DNA of 32,000 nucleotides from Trichodesmium erythraeum IMS101 (GTDB lineage Bacteria; Cyanobacteriota; Cyanobacteriia; Cyanobacteriales; Microcoleaceae): NCBI RefSeq assembly GCF_000014265.1, contig NC_008312.1, positions 2,550,001 to 2,582,000 of the forward strand, read 5' to 3'. Shown piece by piece: positions 26,777 to 32,000 of this stretch (position 1 is its first letter; each line of letters starts with the position of its first letter). The notes under the pieces were generated by a model. It saw only the letters and a program-made list of their open reading frames with translations, ran no database searches and was not told where the DNA came from. The position numbers and the translations under genes were made by a program.

Positions 26777-28008
26777 ATCTCGCAAAAGTTATAATTTTAG
26801 CAGAAATATGATTATTCATCCATTGACTTTCATTTTTCTTAAACCTTATTTATTGGATTAACAAAACAAACCTAGTCTGCAATATAGAATAGAACTCTTA
26901 TAGGATAAGATCGAAAAATTGAAGGGAAGATGGGAATATGGGGAAGTTAGGAAATATTTTTTAATTTTTTTCCCCTGTTGCCTATCCACCACGGACGAAT
27001 CCTAAGAGAGATTTTCAGATACATCATATTGTAGCACTCTATTGTAGTTTACTAATAGACCTCTCCAAAATAAAAATCAAGGTAAAATTATAGTGGCAAA
27101 TTATATATACCCTGTTTCCAAATAAATAATGTATTAGAATATATTTGTAACCATCCAAAAGAAACAAAAATAATTATTAGTATTACAGATGAACACCTAA
27201 TAAAATTAATAGAAAACGCTTAAAAAATTGAAAAAAAGACAGGCGATAGTCAGCCAATAAAAAAGGTTAATCAAGACAGGAGGAGGAAGAAAAAAGTCTT
27301 TAAGCAAGACAGAAGAGATAATGTTGAGCTTATATTATTTGCATCATGTACCAAAATTTCAGCGACTAGAAGCAATATTTGGAGTTAGCTCATCAACAGC
27401 AAATAATATTTTTCAGGCTTTGGATAAATATTTTGAGGGAATTATTACCATCTAGTTTACTAGAGGAATTATCGGGAAAAGAAAAGGAATATTTATGGAT
27501 AAAAGATGCTTTGACAGAAATAGAATTGAGAGTTGATAGTACAGAGAAAGATAGGGAAAAGCAAAAAAAATGGTGATAAACAGAAAAGGTATTATTCAGG
27601 AAACCCAAAAAGTAATAGGTTTAAAAATCAAATAGTAATCACAGAAAAGGCAGAAAAAATAGTAGATATAATAGTAGGAAAAAGAGGTCTATAAAGTAAT
27701 ATAAATTTATTCAATAAAATACAAAAAAGTTGGATAAAAAACAAATATTTTAAGGAAAAAAGGGGTATCAAGGTGGTCAAAAAATCAACAAGCCAAACAA
27801 AAAAAGAAGCTATAAAATGTCAGAAAAAGTAAAGAAATAGAATCAAATAAAGCTCAAAAAATAATAGTTTTATAACAGACAATAAGACTGATAAAATATT
27901 TATAGTGACACGAGAAAGATTAAGATTTAAAGAGAGTAATTATGAAAAATTAATTTTAAAAATATGTAGTTTATTAAGATTAATAAGAGGAGCATTAATA
28001 TTATTATA

Positions 28009-28955
28009 TAGCAGTCGAAGCAAAGATTAGGACATAATGCTCGAAAAATTATCTAGGAAAGATTATGCCTTCTCCTTATAGCTATGACTTAAGACAAAAA
28101 GTTATTAAGGCCATTGATGGTGGGATGAGTAAAACTCAAGTAAGTTCTATATTTAAGATTAGTCGTAATACCATCAATATTTGGTTACATAGAAGAAGAG
28201 AAACTGGGGATATAATAGCATTAACAGGTTATCAAAAAGGATATAATCCCAAAATACCAGACTTAGAACAATTCAGAAAATTTGCCCAGATTAATGGCAG
28301 TAAAACTCAAAAAGAAATGGCTGATGAATGGCCAGATAAGGTAAGCGATCGCACTATAAGTAAAGCCTTAAAAAAAATTGGTTATACAAGAAAAAAAAAC
28401 TTACAGTTACAGAGAAAGAGATGAAGACAAAAGAAAGAAATTTCTGGCCAAAATTCGCGATAAAAGGCCGGAGCAGCTAGTGTATATAGATGAATCAGGT
28501 ATGGATAATAGAGAAGATTATGGTTATGGATGGAATGAATTGGGAAAAAGATATTACGATTTAAAGTCAGGAAAAAGAAGTCTAAGGGTAAGTATTATAA
28601 GTGGTTTGTGTGAAGGAAAATTAGTTGCTCCATTAACATTTGAAGGCTCTTGTAACCGTGTAGTTTTTGAAAAATGGTTGGGAGAAAAATTGTTGCCACA
28701 ATTAAAAACAGGACAATTAGTAATATTAGACAATGCAAGTTTTCATAAATCCCAAAAAGTTAGAGAATTAATAGAATCAGTGCCAAAGTGAACTTGAATA
28801 TTTACCACCATATTCTCCTGACTTAAATGAAATAGAACATTATTGGTTTCCAATTAAAAATCAAGTCAGAAAGTCAGAAGGAACAATAGAAAATTTTCGC
28901 ATTGAGAGTTGATTATGCTGTTAAGTTAACGTCCTAACCTTTGCTTCGATTGCTA
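28009..28955 (+). mobile_element. IS630-family (Tc1/mariner-like) element, transposase in at least 3 frames
   Basis: About 25-bp IRs, TAGCAGTCGAAGCAAAGATTAGGAC and GTCCTAACCTTTGCTTCGATTGCTA (2 mismatches), flanked by TA/TA. ORF1 is 28065..28424 (HTH). ORF2 is 28378..28791 (YIDESG.., ILDNASFHK). The ELEYLPPYSPDLNEIEHYW segment lies in a third frame after 28791. Confidence 0.85.
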
Positions 28956-29110
28956 TAAATCATAAATTTTACTCTCAAAAAAACAATAAAAAACTAGATA
29001 AAATAGTAAATAACTAACAGTAACTATCTGTCATACTATAAAGCCCGTAAAAAATGACTATCTGGTGGAGCTGGCGATCGCTCCACAAAAGATAGTTACA
29101 GTAAGGGAAG

Positions 29111-30190
29111 GGCTTTGTTGCATGAAAGTAGTAATCGCCAAAAACTTCCATCAGGAAGTTAACTAGATTTTCACTTTGTGACTTTTGGGTTTACCTGTTT
29201 GAATCATACGGTTCAGCATGGCACATTGTATGAACAACTCTACTGCTTGATTTTCGAATTTTCGTCGTCGTAACTGACCTCCAAAGCTCACTTTGAGTCT
29301 AAACATTGTGGTTTCTGATAGAGAACGCCGATGGTAACCACTTTCATGCTTCCATTTTTGGCGTCCTACCTTTCTGATTCTTCTGAGGTTTTCATCTCTG
29401 GGATGAGGTGGGCATTTGCAGTTGCCGTGTTGACCTATTACTGCATTTTTCCTGGGTGGAATTGTTACTTTTGCTCCTAGTTGGTTAGCTTTCTCGTAAC
29501 ATCTATACTTGTGCTCTGCTCCATCTCCTGATACTTGGGCTATTTCCCCATCTACTCCATTTCTCAAGTTCAGAAAATGCTTGTGAATCACTGACATCAT
29601 TGGTAGTCACTACTCCACTGACAATCTCTCCTGTAGCCTCATTTACTCCTAGGTGTAATTTACCCCATGTACGCCGTTTACTGACACCATGAACTTTTGT
29701 TTTCCATTCACCTTCTCCGTAAACTTTCACCCCTGTAGAGTCTACTACTGTACGGAATAGTTTCATTAGTTGGTATAACTGGCAGTTGGATATTCAGTTT
29801 GAGCAAGGGACGGGATACAGTGCTATGGTCTGGTACTGGTAAATCTAAGTCCATCAATTGAAATATAGATTCGACAAAACCTTCAGTCTGTCGTCCGGCC
29901 AGACCAAACAATGATTGTATAGTGACCATAAATTCAATGGCCGTATTGCTATAGGTATTTGATGCCCCCCTACGTCCAGTTTTTTGTTGATTTACCCACT
30001 GCTCTATGACTTCATCATTCAACCAAAATGTGAGGCTCCCTCTCTGTCTTAGGGACGCATCAGACCTACGACCAGTTGCTGAAGAGGTACTTAGACTTGG
30101 ACTTGGACTTACTCATCTCTACCCTTACTATAGGTTTCTTGTGCCACACGCTTATTGTTACCATATTTTCTATCTTTATACAACAAAGCC
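29111..30190 (-). mobile_element. IS5-family, IS903-group element (1080 bp) with a twice-frameshifted transposase
   Basis: The termini are GGCTTTGTTG...CAACAAAGCC. A perfect 9-bp target duplication TAAGGGAAG lies at 29102-29110 and 30191-30199. Three overlapping ORFs (29708..30022, 29503..29766, 29163..29600) carry VVDSTGVKVYGEGEWKTKVHG, SGDGA and YHRRSLSETTMFRLK, which are IS903-like from memory. Confidence 0.85.
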
Positions 30191-30242
30191 TAAGGGAAGT
30201 GATAATTTTTGGAGATGTCTAATAATAAGAACCACTGCATAG

Positions 30243-30730
30243 CTAGGGCGTGTCATCAATTACAGAGATTGACATGCAGGGGTATTATATGCTGTAGATC
30301 GATGGCGATCGCTATGCTAATAAAATTACTGAGGCTACCAAATAAATCCCTCCCAGGAAGTTAACCGAACGTTTATCGTATCTAGTAGCGATCGCTCGAT
30401 ACTGTTTGAGTTTGGCAAAGAAATTTTCGCTCAGATGACGTGCTTTGTACAAGCCTCTGATCATAATTACGCTGTTCTTTTCGGTTTTTTTTCGGAGGAA
30501 TCACTACTTCTATGCCTCTGTGGGTTAAGGGCCCAATTACCCGCTCTTGAGCATCATAAGCTTTATCCCCTAATAGCGCTTCTGCTTCCACCATCGGTAA
30601 TAAAACATCTGCCCCCTCCAAGTCAGAGGCTTGAGCTGGAGTTAAAAAAAACTAGTGGGATTACCCAGAGCATCTACTACCCCCTGTATCTTGGTACTCA
30701 ATCCTCCCTTGCTACGACCAATATCTAATG
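30243..30730 (-). mobile_element. 5'-truncated, frameshifted IS5-family (IS427-group-like) transposase fragment
   Basis: The minus strand reads ..GGLSTKIQGVVDALGNP..ASDLEGADVLLPMVEAEALLGDKAYDAQERVIGPLTHRGIEVVIPPKKNRKEQRNYDQR. After a frameshift it continues LYKARHLSENFFAKLKQYRAIATRYDKRSVNFLGGIYLVASVILLA* (stop at 30312-30314). The element boundaries are approximate. Confidence 0.7.
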
Positions 30731-30917
30731 AATCAGATAAACTAGAGGAAAACAATCTGGCATCTAACTCCCTGGGATGGAAATAACATAGAGGGTTCCA
30801 TACTAGCTTTTCTAGAGGTATTCCTAAGATTTACTACACCTCAATTAACAAAGGTTAGAGCAGTTTATGCTTTCCATATTCTTAAGGGAACAATATGTCA
30901 AACAATGATTTCAGCAG

Positions 30918-31874
30918 TTACGAATGATCCCAATCTCGCTTAATGCCCTTACGTTTATTGAGAAACCTATCAATTGCCATTGCTGCAATACAGCCATCCG
31001 AAGCTGCAACCACTGCCTGCTGAAAAGGTGTATTCCGAATATCCCCAATGGCCCAAACTCCTTCTACATTGGTTGCCATCATCTCATCTACTTTAACCCC
31101 ACCATTATCGATCAAAATAATATCAGGACTAATGTAGTCTGTGATCGGTCTCGATCCACTTTGGTATACAAACACCCCATCTACCTGTAGGGAAGCAACT
31201 TCCGGTTCTCCTCTAGTTTTCATCAAAATATTTGTTACCCCCGACTCATTACCTTGGATCGAAGTCAGGCGGGTAAAATTCCAATGCTTCACATTTGGTT
31301 GACTCAGCAATACCTGAACATGGGCATCTTCATGCTGTGGTTCTTTATTTGTCAGCCAATGAACAGTAGACACAAATTTCGTTAGGAACTGAGCCTCTTC
31401 AACTGCTTCTTGATTAACTCCATAAACGGCGACCTCTTTTTGGCGAAAAAATGCTCCGTCACAAGTGGCACAGTAGCTTACCCCCCGACCTAGAAATTCT
31501 GATTCGCCTCGAAGAGAAGATTTGCGACCCATTGCCCCTGTAGCTAAGACCAGAGATCGCCCCAAAAACGTTCCTTCTGGAGTATAAACTTTTTTTAATG
31601 ACCCTTCTACATCAATACCAAATACTTGTGCTCGCTGATATTTAGTTCCGAAAGAGATAGCTTGCTCTCGCATCTCATCTAGCAACGCATTCCCGCTAAT
31701 ATTACCTGCTACTCCCGGATAGTTAGCAATTTTATGGGTAATCGCCAATGCCCCCACTGCTGGGTTTTTGTCCAGAATTACTGTTTTTAAATCTGCACGA
31801 GATGTATATAGTGCACAGCTACAGCCGGCTGGGCCACCTCCAATAATAACTACATCAAATTCATAAGTTTCCAA
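30918..31874 (-). CDS. Thioredoxin-reductase-like flavoprotein with a CATC redox centre but no NADPH-binding motifs (DTR/FFTR-like)
   Basis: 318-aa ORF. The FAD motif is VVIIGGGPAGCSCA and the redox-active CATCDG is encoded at nt 31461-31472. GVNQEA and LTNKEPQ stand where the canonical NADPH motifs of low-Mr TrxR (GxGxxA and HRRxxxR) would be. GDIRN lies near the C-terminus, and the tail is ..KRDWDHS. Confidence 0.88.
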   Translation of the reverse strand: METYEFDVVIIGGGPAGCSCALYTSRADLKTVILDKNPAVGALAITHKIANYPGVAGNISGNALLDEMREQAISFGTKYQRAQVFGIDVEGSLKKVYTPEGTFLGRSLVLATGAMGRKSSLRGESEFLGRGVSYCATCDGAFFRQKEVAVYGVNQEAVEEAQFLTKFVSTVHWLTNKEPQHEDAHVQVLLSQPNVKHWNFTRLTSIQGNESGVTNILMKTRGEPEVASLQVDGVFVYQSGSRPITDYISPDIILIDNGGVKVDEMMATNVEGVWAIGDIRNTPFQQAVVAASDGCIAAMAIDRFLNKRKGIKRDWDHS

Positions 31875-32000
31875 AATTTATAGTCCTCAAAAATAATACT
31901 TTATAAGATTAAAATACATCTATTATGATATGCTCAGCACATGAGAGGAAGTATTGTAGTGATAGTATACTATCAACAATCACTTCTGCAAATCCATAAG

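Larger units (their letters stand above)
27056..30221 (+). mobile_element. IS-A copy 3, decayed and interrupted by two nested IS insertions
   Basis: The left end is TAGACCTCTCCAAAATAAAAATCAAGG (27056-) and the right end is TTTTGGAGATGTCTA (30207-30221). The interior is homologous to copy 1 (..NHPKETK.., GGGRKK, LSLYYLHH, YYSG.., RERLRFKESNYEKLILKICSLLRL). The 3' end is interrupted at 28007/28957 and at 29110/30191. Confidence 0.8.

Noticed and set aside
1..32000. Search for tRNA, rRNA, tmRNA genes and CRISPR arrays
   Set aside because: I found no T-loop-type GGTTCGAAT-like motifs with matching acceptor stems, no rRNA-like conserved blocks, and no regularly spaced 25-40-nt direct repeats. The only tandem repeats are the heptamer and ~110-bp units at 14.5-14.9 kb.

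Overview
AT-rich cyanobacterial chromosomal DNA. I counted at least 10 HIP1 octamers (GCGATCGC). There are also STRR-like heptamer microsatellites, long ORF-free spacers and a heavy load of decayed IS elements. This resembles Trichodesmium-type genomes, but that placement is inference only.

The window has three parts.

(1) Positions 1-16 kb hold an accessory-looking envelope locus. A polytopic GT-C-like membrane protein runs off the left edge and is absent from the ORF track. It is followed by an array of eight genes for N-terminally membrane-anchored SGNH/GDSL-type proteins in three architectural classes: A x1, B x2 and C x5. The array also contains a ~90-nt gene relic, mosaic (gene-conversion-like) tracts and duplicated leaders. 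At its transcriptional head is an SxtJ-like / DUF5989 (SxtK-like) membrane-protein pair. The 54-aa DUF5989 gene is also missing from the ORF track. No carbamoyltransferase gene is present in the window.

(2) Positions 16-20.6 kb hold a class-3 lipase, a 1.45-kb ORF-free span, and a compositionally distinct, GC-richer block with a hypothetical gene and a class I fructose-bisphosphate aldolase.

(3) Positions 20.7-30.7 kb are an IS graveyard with at least six element types, nested insertions and clean target-site duplications. They enclose one intact TcmP/LCM-type methyltransferase gene. Next comes a thioredoxin-reductase-like flavoprotein that keeps the CATC redox centre but lacks the NADPH-binding motifs.

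The best candidate for an undescribed system is the SxtJ/SxtK pair plus the diversifying array of anchored SGNH-like enzymes. I infer that it performs extracytoplasmic O-acyl or O-carbamoyl-type modification or editing of an envelope polymer. No tRNA, rRNA or CRISPR array was seen.
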